Positions 17,086 through 26,540 of a stretch of 60,150 nt of DNA are shown one piece after another. Position 1 is the first letter of the stretch, and each line of letters begins with the position of its first letter. The notes beneath the pieces are model-generated. The model was not told where the DNA came from. It made no database searches and saw only the letters and a list, made by a program, of their open reading frames with translations. Position numbers and translations under genes: made by a program. The stretch comes from a bacterium (GTDB lineage: Bacteria > Patescibacteriota > Minisyncoccia > Phycocordibacterales > UBA9973), in the NCBI GenBank assembly GCA_021824345.1, contig JAKAKW010000003.1, forward strand, positions 1 through 60,150, written 5' to 3'.

Positions 17086-17289
17086 ATGTTTGAAAAAGAA
17101 ATAAATGCCTTGGTTGCGGAAATGATCTGGCTACTGAAAAAGGTCATCTTCCCCGGAACAGTAATTTGCTTGATTTCCTTTTCCATGAGCCATGCAGGTT
17201 TTATGGAAAACATTAATCAAGTTGAATTAATGTTCGCCGCACTCTTCTTGGTTGCGGCAGTAAACAGGGCGAGAAAAGGCAAAAAATAG
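17086..17289 (+). CDS. Small AT-rich membrane ORFan
   Basis: Upstream TTGACA/CATAAT promoter; GGAGG SD at 17076-80. Confidence 0.55.
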   Translation: MFEKEINALVAEMIWLLKKVIFPGTVICLISFSMSHAGFMENINQVELMFAALFLVAAVNRARKGKK

Positions 17290-17351
17290 CCATGCGATGT
17301 ACATATCGTATGGCTATTTTATTTTTCCCAAAAATATGGCATAGTATTTGC

Positions 17352-17681
17352 ATGAATAATGAAATGCAAAATCCATTAAAAAGGTTCACTAATCCAAGCG
17401 CCAAGTCTTTGGAACATGAGCTGACAAGCGCAGGTGTGATAGAACCAAACCGCCAGGGCGACACGGTGATCTCTTCAGGCACCGAGGAGCCTGGACCCGA
17501 ATATGAATTCGTACGCTGGGTTTATTTGACCGGCGAAAAAACGAAAACCGGCGTGTATAAGCTTAAGGAAGATAATGAAAAAGAAGAAGAAAGGAAAAGA
17601 GAAAATGAAGATAAAGATGATAAGTACAAAATACCATTCATACACCATCTCTATTTACTAAAAACCACAAAGGAAGAATAA
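17352..17681 (+). CDS. Hypothetical protein
   Basis: ORF with a charged C-terminus; no motif recognised. Confidence 0.45.
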   Translation: MNNEMQNPLKRFTNPSAKSLEHELTSAGVIEPNRQGDTVISSGTEEPGPEYEFVRWVYLTGEKTKTGVYKLKEDNEKEEERKRENEDKDDKYKIPFIHHLYLLKTTKEE

Positions 17682-17689
17682 TATTTCTT

Positions 17690-18052
17690 ATGGCCAACAC
17701 CGCTAAACTTTTGAAAGAAATCCTCGCTTTCCGGGAAGCCCGGGATTGGAAGCAGTTCAATAATCCAAAAGACATGGCTCTCTCTTTGTGTTTGGAAGCG
17801 GCCGAAGTTTTGGAGCATTTCCAATGGAAGCCGGCGGTGGAAGTGGAGAAATACGTCAAGACTCACCGGAAGGAAATAGGGGAGGAAATTGTAGACGTGC
17901 TCTACTGGGTAATATTGATCGCTAACGATTTGGACATTGACCTTGAGAAAGCTTTCATGGCGAAAATGAGAAAGAACAAGAAGAAGTATCCAGCGATGAA
18001 ATTTAAAGGAAAACATCCACTAAAAACAAGAAACGGAATCAAGGCGAAATAA
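17690..18052 (+). CDS. MazG-like nucleotide pyrophosphohydrolase
   Basis: REARDWKQFNNPKDMALSL..EAAEVLEHFQW...EEIVDV. Confidence 0.92.
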   Translation: MANTAKLLKEILAFREARDWKQFNNPKDMALSLCLEAAEVLEHFQWKPAVEVEKYVKTHRKEIGEEIVDVLYWVILIANDLDIDLEKAFMAKMRKNKKKYPAMKFKGKHPLKTRNGIKAK

Positions 18053-18062
18053 GATATGCTTT

Positions 18063-18341
18063 ATGGACGGACTGGTGCAGATTAAAAAAGATATAGAAGA
18101 CATAAAAGCCCGAAACGCCCGAGTGGAGCTGGACAAGGCCTGGGAAACCAGCTGGACTCGCCGAATTCTCATTTTGATCCTGACCTATATTGTGATCGTA
18201 CTTTTCTTTTACTTCGCGCGTTTACCGGAGCCGTTTCTAAATGCCATTGTCCCCGCTGTCGCATTCTTGCTTTCCACCCTTTCCGTTTCGTATGTGAAGA
18301 AGGTTTGGGAGGGGAAGAGAAAGCAAAACTTAAATTCTTGA
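18063..18341 (+). CDS. Two-TM hypothetical protein
   Basis: RNARVELDKAWETSWTRR followed by two TMs. Confidence 0.75.
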   Translation: MDGLVQIKKDIEDIKARNARVELDKAWETSWTRRILILILTYIVIVLFFYFARLPEPFLNAIVPAVAFLLSTLSVSYVKKVWEGKRKQNLNS

Positions 18342-18393
18342 CAAATATGCCTTCTTATTCTATAATATAGGAAATAAATTAGGAGATTGAAAA

Positions 18394-18636
18394 TTGAGAC
18401 AATTTTTCATTTTAGTTTTCACGAATCATAGGTGGTTCGTGGGAACGGTTACTGTCATTGGGGCAGTGACTTTGTTCTTATGGCACCTCGCGGACCCTAG
18501 CGGATTCGCAGTTTCCATAAATTCCTTTTTAAAGGATATATGGACAATATTTATCTTCCTATTCATTCTCGGTATTATGGTCGCCGGCCTTGGCTTCATG
18601 ATCCGAGGAGTATTCCGAGGAGGACGCAGGCATTAA
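18394..18636 (+). CDS. Small membrane ORFan
   Basis: TTGACA-17-TATAAT upstream; TTG start; two TMs. Confidence 0.45.
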   Translation: MRQFFILVFTNHRWFVGTVTVIGAVTLFLWHLADPSGFAVSINSFLKDIWTIFIFLFILGIMVAGLGFMIRGVFRGGRRH

Positions 18637-18743
18637 TTCTCAGCCCGAGCAAAATAATTTTGCAAGGGCTGTATTCATTTTGCCTCATAATTTTTAAGTC
18701 GGTTATGAAAGATTACGCGCTATTTTTCCGTCATAATTCTGCT

Positions 18744-19040
18744 ATGGTGAAAAAGATAAAAAAACGGCTTGAAAAATTCTGCGCGGTCTGCGGCCAAAAA
18801 ATGAAAATAATCAGTTACGCCGACCGCACTTACCGCGGCGGGCATCATTTCGGCAGGTTTCCGCTTTGCACTAAAAAAGCGGTGAACGAGGTTCTCAAGG
18901 CCGGTACAAAAAAAGAAACAATCTTCGGTATGGAAATACAGGTTCTGAAGAAAGATCCGAAACTGTACAGATACGCGGAGTACTGGGAGTGCCCGAAATG
19001 CTACTGGGGAAAATATCCGAGGGGATTGTTTAAGAGATAA
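18744..19040 (+). CDS. Small zinc-ribbon-like protein
   Basis: CAVC near the N-terminus and EYWECPKC near the C-terminus. Confidence 0.7.
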   Translation: MVKKIKKRLEKFCAVCGQKMKIISYADRTYRGGHHFGRFPLCTKKAVNEVLKAGTKKETIFGMEIQVLKKDPKLYRYAEYWECPKCYWGKYPRGLFKR

Positions 19041-19114
19041 ACTATTTTAAGAACTTAACGATTTTTGGACGGTTTTAAATCAAAACCCGTGAATCCAGGC
19101 CATTTTCCGCACAA

Positions 19115-19154
19115 ATTCACGCAAATTTGCTAAAAATGCGTGAATGAGTATAAT
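19115..19154 (+). promoter_or_regulatory. Fic promoter with inverted-repeat operator
   Basis: ATTCACGCA-N13-TGCGTGAAT spanning the -35 region; TATAAT at 19149-54. Confidence 0.55.
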
Positions 19155-19160
19155 AAGGGA

Positions 19161-20042
19161 ATGGCAAGCGCACAGTCAGTAAAAGACAAGATAAACGTCC
19201 TGAAAACAGAATTCAACTCCTTGAAAAAAGGAAAGGAGGCGCTTTTGGCCGTGCTCGACGAAGCGGAGATACCGGAAAATGTTTATAACTCCAACGCGAT
19301 AGAAAATTCCACTCTTACTCTCAAAGAGACTGAAAAAATCCTGCTGAACGAAAAAATTTCCAGGGAAGTTTCCGTCCGGGAAGTGTTTGAAGCGAAAAAC
19401 CTGGCGCAGGTGGTGAGCTACAAGCACAACCACCCGCGGGAGCCTCTGACTAAAGAGCTGATTCTCGAACTTCACCGGATGCTCATCGGCGGGATAGATA
19501 ATTCCATCGCCGGCCGTTTTCGCGGATCCGGGGAATATGTGCGGGTCGGCTCGCACGTGGCGCCCGCCCCGGAGCACGTGGAACGGATGGTAGAGGCCAT
19601 CCTGCTCGAATACGAAAGCGATCACCAGGCGTACTTCTTGGACAAGATCGCCAAATTCCATCTGGAGTTTGAGACGATCCATCCCTTCAACGACGGCAAC
19701 GGCCGCATCGGCCGGGTGCTTTTGAATTACCAACTGCTCGCTCTCGGATTTCCTCGCGTAATCATTCGGGACAAAGAAAAGGGCCGATATTACGACGCCT
19801 TCGGGGCTTTCAAAGACAAAGAAAATGCCAAGCCGATGGAAAAGATCGTTTCTCTCGCCCTCATGGAATCATTGCACAAGAGGATAGCGCATCTCGGGGG
19901 AGAAAAGATCATCACCTTGTCCGAATTTGCCAAAGCGCGCAAGCTTTCTCCTTCCGCCCTAACTAACGCCGCCAAGCGCCAGAGCATTCCGGCGTTCCGG
20001 GAGAGAGGGGTGTGGAAGATTGGAACGGGATTTGAAATATGA
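19161..20042 (+). CDS. Fic family protein with a C-terminal HTH-like domain
   Basis: HPFNDGNGRIGR canonical Fic motif; C-terminus ITLSEFAK...IPAFRERGVWKI. Confidence 0.93.
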   Translation: MASAQSVKDKINVLKTEFNSLKKGKEALLAVLDEAEIPENVYNSNAIENSTLTLKETEKILLNEKISREVSVREVFEAKNLAQVVSYKHNHPREPLTKELILELHRMLIGGIDNSIAGRFRGSGEYVRVGSHVAPAPEHVERMVEAILLEYESDHQAYFLDKIAKFHLEFETIHPFNDGNGRIGRVLLNYQLLALGFPRVIIRDKEKGRYYDAFGAFKDKENAKPMEKIVSLALMESLHKRIAHLGGEKIITLSEFAKARKLSPSALTNAAKRQSIPAFRERGVWKIGTGFEI

Positions 20043-20155
20043 ATGAGAAAACAAATTCTATCAAAGGATGCCAGGTTTGCTTTTTGGAATATGAATGTTA
20101 TTCTAAAATTGAAATTGAAATTTAAATAATTATTTATTAATTGGCGGAGGTTGTC

Positions 20156-20584
20156 ATGGGAAGTATTGATGTTCTTAGCCAAGTTTTCATTGACTTGGGA
20201 TCAATCTCAGAACAGGACATTAAACGTGTTAATACGTCTGTTCTGGAAAATATAAAAGTGCAGGAAAAAAGCGTCGGATACCTTTCTGAAGACGGGAGAA
20301 GGATATATTGTTTATGCCTAATTTTTGAAGAAAAAATACAGGACAAAAACATATATTTTATTGAAAACGAGCCCGGAAACACAGATTTTGCCGAGATAGA
20401 AGAAACTAGTGACAAAGTGGCCTTATTAAGGCTTCTTCTCACTATGGAAATTAGAGAATCAATAGAGAGTGAGAGCGACTCCACTATTGAGGTGGAGATA
20501 AGAAAAAATTGGGAAGTAGCTCAAGTAAGATCGATGCCTGAAAAAGACGCTGACCTTACAAGCATTCCCGACCACCTAAGCTAA
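20156..20584 (+). CDS. Acidic AT-rich ORFan
   Basis: GGAGG SD at 20146-50; followed by a terminator. Confidence 0.6.
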   Translation: MGSIDVLSQVFIDLGSISEQDIKRVNTSVLENIKVQEKSVGYLSEDGRRIYCLCLIFEEKIQDKNIYFIENEPGNTDFAEIEETSDKVALLRLLLTMEIRESIESESDSTIEVEIRKNWEVAQVRSMPEKDADLTSIPDHLS

Positions 20585-20600
20585 GATGGACTTTAAAATT

Positions 20601-20629
20601 TCCCCTGTAATATTTTACAGGGGATTTTT
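20601..20629 (+). terminator. Intrinsic terminator
   Basis: TCCCCTGTAA-TATT-TTACAGGGGA followed by TTTTT. Confidence 0.7.
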
Positions 20630-20723
20630 AATATCAAAGCATTACAGTAAACAAAAAAATAGTTTGTTGATTATTTCTTGCCAATGTAAACAAAAAAGCG
20701 TATAAAGCTTGTATCCATAGATC

Positions 20724-21386
20724 ATGCCGCGGCTAAAAGACACGCCCAAGGTAGATTTCCCTCGAGAGAAACTAGCAAAATACGGGCCGGACAAACTGTC
20801 GGACCGGGAGCTTTTGGCATTACTGCTCGGCTCGGGCATAAAAGGCGCGAATGTGCTGGAGCTTTCCGGAAAAGTTTTGAAGCTCGGCGCAAAAATCGGT
20901 TTTGATAAATTAAGTGCGAAAGACCTGCAAGAAATAAAAGGACTTGGCAAAGCGAAATCCTCACAGATTATCGCCCTGCTTGCGCTCGGACGAAGATTAA
21001 ACACAAAAGAAGTTGCCGAAATACTTTCCCCGCAAAAAATATTTGAACTGTGCGCCGACATCAAGAATTCCAAGAAAGAACATTTCCTCGCTTTCTACCT
21101 GGATACCCAGAATCGTCTCATTGAAAGGCAGATAATATCTATTGGCACTCTTGATTCCAGCTTGGTGCATCCGCGGGAAGTTTTCGAGCCGGCTGTGCGC
21201 CTTTGCGCCGCCTCCGTCATTGTCGCGCACAACCATCCTTCTGGTGTCCTTGAGCCCTCGGCGGAAGACAGGGAAGTGATGTACCGCCTGCGGGAAACAG
21301 GTAAAATGCTTGGCATAGAGCTTTCTGATCACGTGATAGTAAGCGGGACCGGGTTCTTCAGCTTCAAACGGAAAAACTTGCTCTGA
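20724..21386 (+). CDS. radC: RadC/UPF0758 (JAB/MPN domain) protein
   Basis: PREKL..YG...LSDRELL, VHPREVF, AHNHPSG...SAED. Confidence 0.95.
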   Translation: MPRLKDTPKVDFPREKLAKYGPDKLSDRELLALLLGSGIKGANVLELSGKVLKLGAKIGFDKLSAKDLQEIKGLGKAKSSQIIALLALGRRLNTKEVAEILSPQKIFELCADIKNSKKEHFLAFYLDTQNRLIERQIISIGTLDSSLVHPREVFEPAVRLCAASVIVAHNHPSGVLEPSAEDREVMYRLRETGKMLGIELSDHVIVSGTGFFSFKRKNLL

Positions 21387-21387
21387 C

Positions 21388-21421
21388 TTGCCCTTTTGAA
21401 TCATGTACGCTATAATGTACA
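21388..21421 (+). promoter_or_regulatory. TA promoter with YefM-type TGTAC operator repeats
   Basis: TTGCCC-17-TATAAT; TGTACG at 21404 and TGTACA at 21416, 12 bp apart. Confidence 0.7.
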
Positions 21422-21425
21422 CATT

Positions 21426-21797
21426 ATGACCACAGTAAAAACAACCATTCCAATATCCGAAGCTCGCAAGCGCATTTTTGAAATCATGGACGAGGTGCAA
21501 GCGCCGCACAAGGTCTTTACCCTTACTTCCGATGGCAAACCAAAGGCCGTCGTAATGTCGGCTGATGAATATGAATCTTTAATGGAAACAATTGAAGTGG
21601 AACGCATTTTCCCCGACTTGGACAAAGATATCGCCGAGGTAAAAAAGGCTATGAAAACGGGCGTGTGGAAAAAATGGTCGACATTGGAGGACCTTGAAAG
21701 GAAATGGGGAATGAGTCCTTTAGTAGCCGAAAAACCAAAACGGAAATATGGCGTATCAACTTCTGGTAACAAAAAAGGCCGAAAAAAAGCTAGATAG
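21426..21797 (+). CDS. Phd/YefM family antitoxin
   Basis: TIPISEARKRIFEI...LTSDGKPKAVVMSADEYESL.ET. Confidence 0.9.
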   Translation: MTTVKTTIPISEARKRIFEIMDEVQAPHKVFTLTSDGKPKAVVMSADEYESLMETIEVERIFPDLDKDIAEVKKAMKTGVWKKWSTLEDLERKWGMSPLVAEKPKRKYGVSTSGNKKGRKKAR

Positions 21798-22002
21798 CCT
21801 GCCGTTGCCGTATAAGATAAGGATACGGGAGATGCTTGTTTACATTTCCCTGGACCCTTATTCCGGCAAGAAATTGTCCGGCAAGAAGAAAGGCCAGTAC
21901 TCCGTGCGGGTGTGGCCATACAGGATTATTTACCGAATAGAGAAAAAGGAACTGATCATAATCGTGATTGATGTTGACCACAGACAAGGGGTGTATAAGT
22001 AA
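21748..22002 (+). CDS. relE: RelE/ParE family toxin
   Basis: AEKKLDSL...GKKLSG...YSVRVWPYRIIYRIE...DHRQGVYK; overlaps the antitoxin. Confidence 0.9.
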   Translation: MAYQLLVTKKAEKKLDSLPLPYKIRIREMLVYISLDPYSGKKLSGKKKGQYSVRVWPYRIIYRIEKKELIIIVIDVDHRQGVYK

Positions 22003-22027
22003 AAAATTTATAACGCTTATCATAAAA

Positions 22028-22147
22028 TTTCAGTTATCAAGAATTATTTAATAACTGAAATAGCGGTAGGGAGTTGTAGAGGATTCCTCGGCAACTGAAA
22101 CCGCGGCGAGGCAGTTGTAAAGAATTTCTTGACAACTGAAACCGCCG
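22028..22147. repeat. Array of three 27-bp variable-core palindromes (CAGTTRT-N13-RYAACTG)
   Basis: Units 22031-57, 22071-97 and 22112-38; period 40/41; linkers start AAA(T/C)(A/C)GC; homologous unit at 22387-22413 inside rhuM. Confidence 0.85.
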
Positions 22148-22178
22148 AATTTTTGTGATAAAATATGCTTGCAACAAT

Positions 22179-23195
22179 ATGGATAAATCAAAAAAAGAAT
22201 GGATAAATAAATCAGATTTTCTTCTATACACCGCTCCCGGGGGTAATGTAAAAATTGAAGTTATTTTTCAAAATGAGACGGTATGGCTTAGCCAAAAGCG
22301 AATGGCCGATCTTTTTGGCATCGGAGTTCCGGCCATTAATAAACATTTAACGAATATATTTAAAAGCGGTGAATTAAGCCCAAAATCAGTTATTTCCATT
22401 TTGGAAACAACTGCGAGCGATAAAAAAAGGTACAAAACAAAATTCTACAATCTGGATGCCATTATTTCCGTCGGCTATCGCATTAATTCAGTTCAAGCTA
22501 CGCATTTCCGTATTTGGGCGACGAAGACCCTCAAAGAATATATTATCAAAGGATTTGCTTTAAATGATGAACGCCTTAAACAAGGCCCCAAACCTTTCGG
22601 CCGGGATTATTTCAGCGAGCTATTGGAACGAGTGCGTTCCATCCGAGCCAGCGAAAGGCGAATCTATCAAAAGATTACGGATATATTCGCAGAGTGCAGT
22701 ATTGATTATGATCCCGATTCAAAAATTACAAAGGATTTTTACGCCATGGTGCAAAATAAATTTCATTTCGCCATCACCGGGCAAACCGCCGCGGAAATCA
22801 TATATAAAAAATCGGATAAAACAAAGCCATTTATGGGCCTCACGACATGGAAAAACAATCCCAAAGGAAGAATATTAAAATCAGACGTCTTAATCGCTAA
22901 AAATTATCTCAAAGAAGACCAGATAAAACGTCTTGAGAGGACAGTTTCCGGATTCTTTGATTACATAGAAAACATAATTGAAAATCGCCAAAAACTTAAG
23001 ATGCGTGATTTAGCGGATAGCGTAGACAAATTTTTGAGTTTCAATGAGTATAAAATATTGCGAGGCAAGGGCAGAATTTCCCGAGAACTGGCGGAGAGAA
23101 AAGCCGCGGCCGAATATGACGATTTCAACAAAACGCAAGAGATAGAATCAGACTTTGACAGGGAAGTGGTAAGGCGGCTGAAGGATGCGGAGTAG
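22179..23195 (+). CDS. rhuM: RhuM family protein
   Basis: LLY...VFQNETVWLSQKRMADLF, YNLDAIISVGYRINS.QAT.FR.WAT, RIYQKITDIFA. Confidence 0.93.
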   Translation: MDKSKKEWINKSDFLLYTAPGGNVKIEVIFQNETVWLSQKRMADLFGIGVPAINKHLTNIFKSGELSPKSVISILETTASDKKRYKTKFYNLDAIISVGYRINSVQATHFRIWATKTLKEYIIKGFALNDERLKQGPKPFGRDYFSELLERVRSIRASERRIYQKITDIFAECSIDYDPDSKITKDFYAMVQNKFHFAITGQTAAEIIYKKSDKTKPFMGLTTWKNNPKGRILKSDVLIAKNYLKEDQIKRLERTVSGFFDYIENIIENRQKLKMRDLADSVDKFLSFNEYKILRGKGRISRELAERKAAAEYDDFNKTQEIESDFDREVVRRLKDAE

Positions 23196-23291
23196 TGTCT
23201 TTCGAGTTATGTATTTGCCCAAGATCTCTAGCTGAAGCTGTGCAAAAAGCCCTAGAAAGCAGGGTGATTTCGTGGTAGAATCAACGCAACA

Positions 23292-25115
23292 ATGAGCAAA
23301 ACAAAGGTCCCAAAAGTGGCCAGAACCTCGGAAGACATAGATGACCAAAACCTACAGAAACTGCGGACAGCATTTCCTAATTTTGTAAAAGACAACAAAG
23401 TAGATTTTGACGCCCTGAAGGCATTCATGAATAAAGACGGAATTCTAGCCGGAGAGGAAAAATACGGTCTTTCTTGGGCTGGCAAGAGCAACGCTTTCAA
23501 GGCTATCAAGACCCCGGCTACGGGAACACTGGTTCCCCAGCCAAAAGAAAGCAAAAATTGGGACGAAACGGAAAACATTTTCATAGAAGGGGACAATCTT
23601 GAAGTTCTGAAACTTCTCCAGAAACACTACCGGGAGAAGATAAAGATGATTTACATAGATCCGCCCTACAACACCGGGAAGGATTTTGTATACAAGGATA
23701 ATTTTACCCAAGGAGTTTCCGATTACTACGAACAGACCGGGCAGACAAAAGATAGCATTAAAATGACCGCCAATACCGAGAAGAACGGCCGGTATCACAG
23801 CGACTGGCTCACCATGATGTATCCGCGACTTTTTCTGGCGAAGAATCTTTTGAAAGAAGACGGGGTCATTTTTGTTTCCATTGACGATCACGAGGTTGCA
23901 AACTTGCGGCTGATAATGGATGAAATTTTTGGAGAGGAAAATTTTGTGGCAAGTGTAATTTGGGAAAGAGCATATTCCCCAATTAATTTAAAAAAATATT
24001 TTTCTGAAAATCACGATTATGTTTTAACTTATGCAAAATCTTTAAACTCAATTCCTTCTTTAAATCTTTCTCGTAATGAAGAATCTGATTCTAGATACAC
24101 AAATCCGGACGATGATGTCAGGGGACCATGGAAGAGCACTGATTTTTCTGTAGGGCCTCGTGTAAACGATAATGTATACGAAATTAAAACACCATCTGGT
24201 AGGATCGTTTTACCTCCCACAGGAAGAAGTTGGATTGTATCGGAAGATAAATACAAAGTCCTTAATAAGGATAATCGTATATGGTTTGGTCCCGATGGTA
24301 ATTCAGTTCCTTCTAAAAAAAGTTTTCTCTCAGAAGTTAAAGGAGGTATAACTCCCATGACGTTATGGAAATATTCTGAAGTCGGACATAGCCAAGATGC
24401 TACAAAGAAACTCAAGGAACTTTTTGATGAAAAATCAGTATTTGAATATCCTAAACCTGTAGGATTGATAGAAAGAATGATAGAAATTTCTACATCAGAA
24501 AAGGATGTTGTTCTTGATTTTTTTGCGGGTTCAGGTACTACAGCACACGCCGTAATGGATTTAAACAAAGATGGGAGAAATATGAAATGGATTTGTGTTC
24601 AATTACCTGAAGTCATTGAAAAGGATAGTGAGGCATATAAAGTAGGTTATAAAACTATTGCAGACATAGCTCGTGAACGCATAAAAAGAGCTGGGAAGAA
24701 AATTCAGAAAGGAGATATTGGCTTTAAATCTTATAAGCTTTTATCCTCGAACTACAGGCAATGGAATACTATAACAGATAAAGATGATGAAAAAGAGATT
24801 CTTAAACAATCAAAGCTTTTCTTGGAAAAACCTCTGATTGATAATTTTGACGAGGAATCAGTCGTTTATGAAATATTACTAAAGGAAGGTTTTGATTTAA
24901 ATGCAAAAATAAAACAAGAAAAAGGAGAATTGAAACCATGGGTTGTTGAAGAGGAAAATAAAAAGGTTGTAATAACTTTTGCAAAATCTATATCAAAAGC
25001 GCAGATAGATAAACTGGAATTGTCCGAGAATGATGTGTTGGTGTGTTTTGATAATGCGATTAACGATACGATAAAAATAAATATTATAAATACTCTTAAC
25101 ATTAAGACTATATAA
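23292..25115 (+). CDS. mod: Type III R-M Mod subunit (adenine methyltransferase)
   Basis: IEGDNLEVLK, IYIDPPYNTG, DFFAGSGTTAHAV. Confidence 0.93.
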   Translation: MSKTKVPKVARTSEDIDDQNLQKLRTAFPNFVKDNKVDFDALKAFMNKDGILAGEEKYGLSWAGKSNAFKAIKTPATGTLVPQPKESKNWDETENIFIEGDNLEVLKLLQKHYREKIKMIYIDPPYNTGKDFVYKDNFTQGVSDYYEQTGQTKDSIKMTANTEKNGRYHSDWLTMMYPRLFLAKNLLKEDGVIFVSIDDHEVANLRLIMDEIFGEENFVASVIWERAYSPINLKKYFSENHDYVLTYAKSLNSIPSLNLSRNEESDSRYTNPDDDVRGPWKSTDFSVGPRVNDNVYEIKTPSGRIVLPPTGRSWIVSEDKYKVLNKDNRIWFGPDGNSVPSKKSFLSEVKGGITPMTLWKYSEVGHSQDATKKLKELFDEKSVFEYPKPVGLIERMIEISTSEKDVVLDFFAGSGTTAHAVMDLNKDGRNMKWICVQLPEVIEKDSEAYKVGYKTIADIARERIKRAGKKIQKGDIGFKSYKLLSSNYRQWNTITDKDDEKEILKQSKLFLEKPLIDNFDEESVVYEILLKEGFDLNAKIKQEKGELKPWVVEEENKKVVITFAKSISKAQIDKLELSENDVLVCFDNAINDTIKINIINTLNIKTI

Positions 25116-25119
25116 AACT

Positions 25120-26535
25120 ATGAAAAAGAATTGGGGTTTTAAGGAAGTTGCATTGAAGAATTTAATTCTTTGGGACAATAATCCACGTACTTTTGATAAA
25201 AATTCTCCTAATCCTAAGCAAAAAGATATCATATCAAGATATGATATAGATAAGCTTATACGTATTGCAAAAAATATTATTAAATACCAAGATAGCAACT
25301 TACAACCAGGTGAACTAACGGCAGTCAAAAAAGGGAAAAAATATATTGTTTATGATGGAAATAGACGTATTTCCGCTTACAAAATTTTGCTTGATCCTAA
25401 TCTAGTAAGCGAAAAAAAAGATAAAGTAAAAAAACTTTCTGTTAAGTTAAATTTTAAGGATACAAAGAAACTTCATTTCAATATAGCTCCAGATATTCAA
25501 TCTGCTCTTTCAAGGATTAATGATCTGCATAACGATAATTTTCACGAAAATTGGAATCCTACTGCGAAAACAAATTTTACACTTCTAAATATAAATGGAA
25601 AAATCAAAGAGTTAAACCAAAAAAAGACACATCTAAAAAGGGCCTCACTGTATGAAAAAATTAAATCTTTTAATTTCTCAACAGAAGTACAGGAAATTAT
25701 TTCTGATCCCGCAAAATTTAAAATAACAAGCCTTGAGAGAATAGTAGATAGTAATGTTGGTAAAAAATATTTATATTATCATTTTGATGAAAAAGGAGGA
25801 ATTGTTATTGATGGAGACGAGGAAAGGTTTAATGAAATTCTTAAAAAAATAATAGAGGATGTCGCTCTTGGAGTAGCAGATTCCAGAAAACAGCATAATA
25901 ATGAACAGAAAAAAGAATATTTTAATACTCTGCTTAAGGATCTTAATTTAAAGGAAAATAGTAGTAAAAATGAAAATGCTGCTAAAAAGAACACGCTCGG
26001 AAAACTTTCTAAGGAAGTTGAACTTATTCCGAGACGAAATTCTGTAAGATATACAAGTGAAAAGGCCGCCGAAATTGTTAAATATATTTTAATACACTTT
26101 GACTTTGTTGCCGAACAATTAAAAACGAGACATGATGGAAGACCTACCATTATTATTAATGATGAGTACGATGTCCAAGATCTTTTACACGCAATCTTAT
26201 CAATGTTTTTTGAAGATGTTGTAAGTGAAGAATGGAATCCTTCAGATGGAGCCTCCCCATCAAGACCCGATTTCTTATTAATGGATAATGGATCCATTAT
26301 TGAAGTAAAAACAACTTTAACAAGAAAATCTCAAGAATCTACTTTGAGAAAAAAATTAGAAGAAGAGTTAAATAATGATTTAATAAAATATAGCCGTAGA
26401 TCTGATTGTAAAAATATTTATTTATTTATTTATGATCCAGAACATAAAATTAAAAAACATACTACTTTTGAAAGAGGAATGTCGACTAAAAAGCTTGATG
26501 GTATAAGTGTTTTTACTCATATTAATAGAGGATAA
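25120..26535 (+). CDS. ParB-like N-terminal domain fused to a REase_DpnII/MboI-like nuclease
   Basis: YIVYDGNRR (ParB/Srx-like); C-terminus DEYDVQDLLHAIL...RPDFLL...IIEVK (PD-(D/E)XK). Confidence 0.75.
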   Translation: MKKNWGFKEVALKNLILWDNNPRTFDKNSPNPKQKDIISRYDIDKLIRIAKNIIKYQDSNLQPGELTAVKKGKKYIVYDGNRRISAYKILLDPNLVSEKKDKVKKLSVKLNFKDTKKLHFNIAPDIQSALSRINDLHNDNFHENWNPTAKTNFTLLNINGKIKELNQKKTHLKRASLYEKIKSFNFSTEVQEIISDPAKFKITSLERIVDSNVGKKYLYYHFDEKGGIVIDGDEERFNEILKKIIEDVALGVADSRKQHNNEQKKEYFNTLLKDLNLKENSSKNENAAKKNTLGKLSKEVELIPRRNSVRYTSEKAAEIVKYILIHFDFVAEQLKTRHDGRPTIIINDEYDVQDLLHAILSMFFEDVVSEEWNPSDGASPSRPDFLLMDNGSIIEVKTTLTRKSQESTLRKKLEEELNNDLIKYSRRSDCKNIYLFIYDPEHKIKKHTTFERGMSTKKLDGISVFTHINRG

Positions 26536-26540
26536 CTTAT

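Noticed and set aside
22028-22147. CRISPR array interpretation of the rhuM-upstream repeats
   Set aside because: Only three degenerate units, variable parts are 13-17 nt and self-complementary, and there are no cas genes. Kept as a different kind of array.
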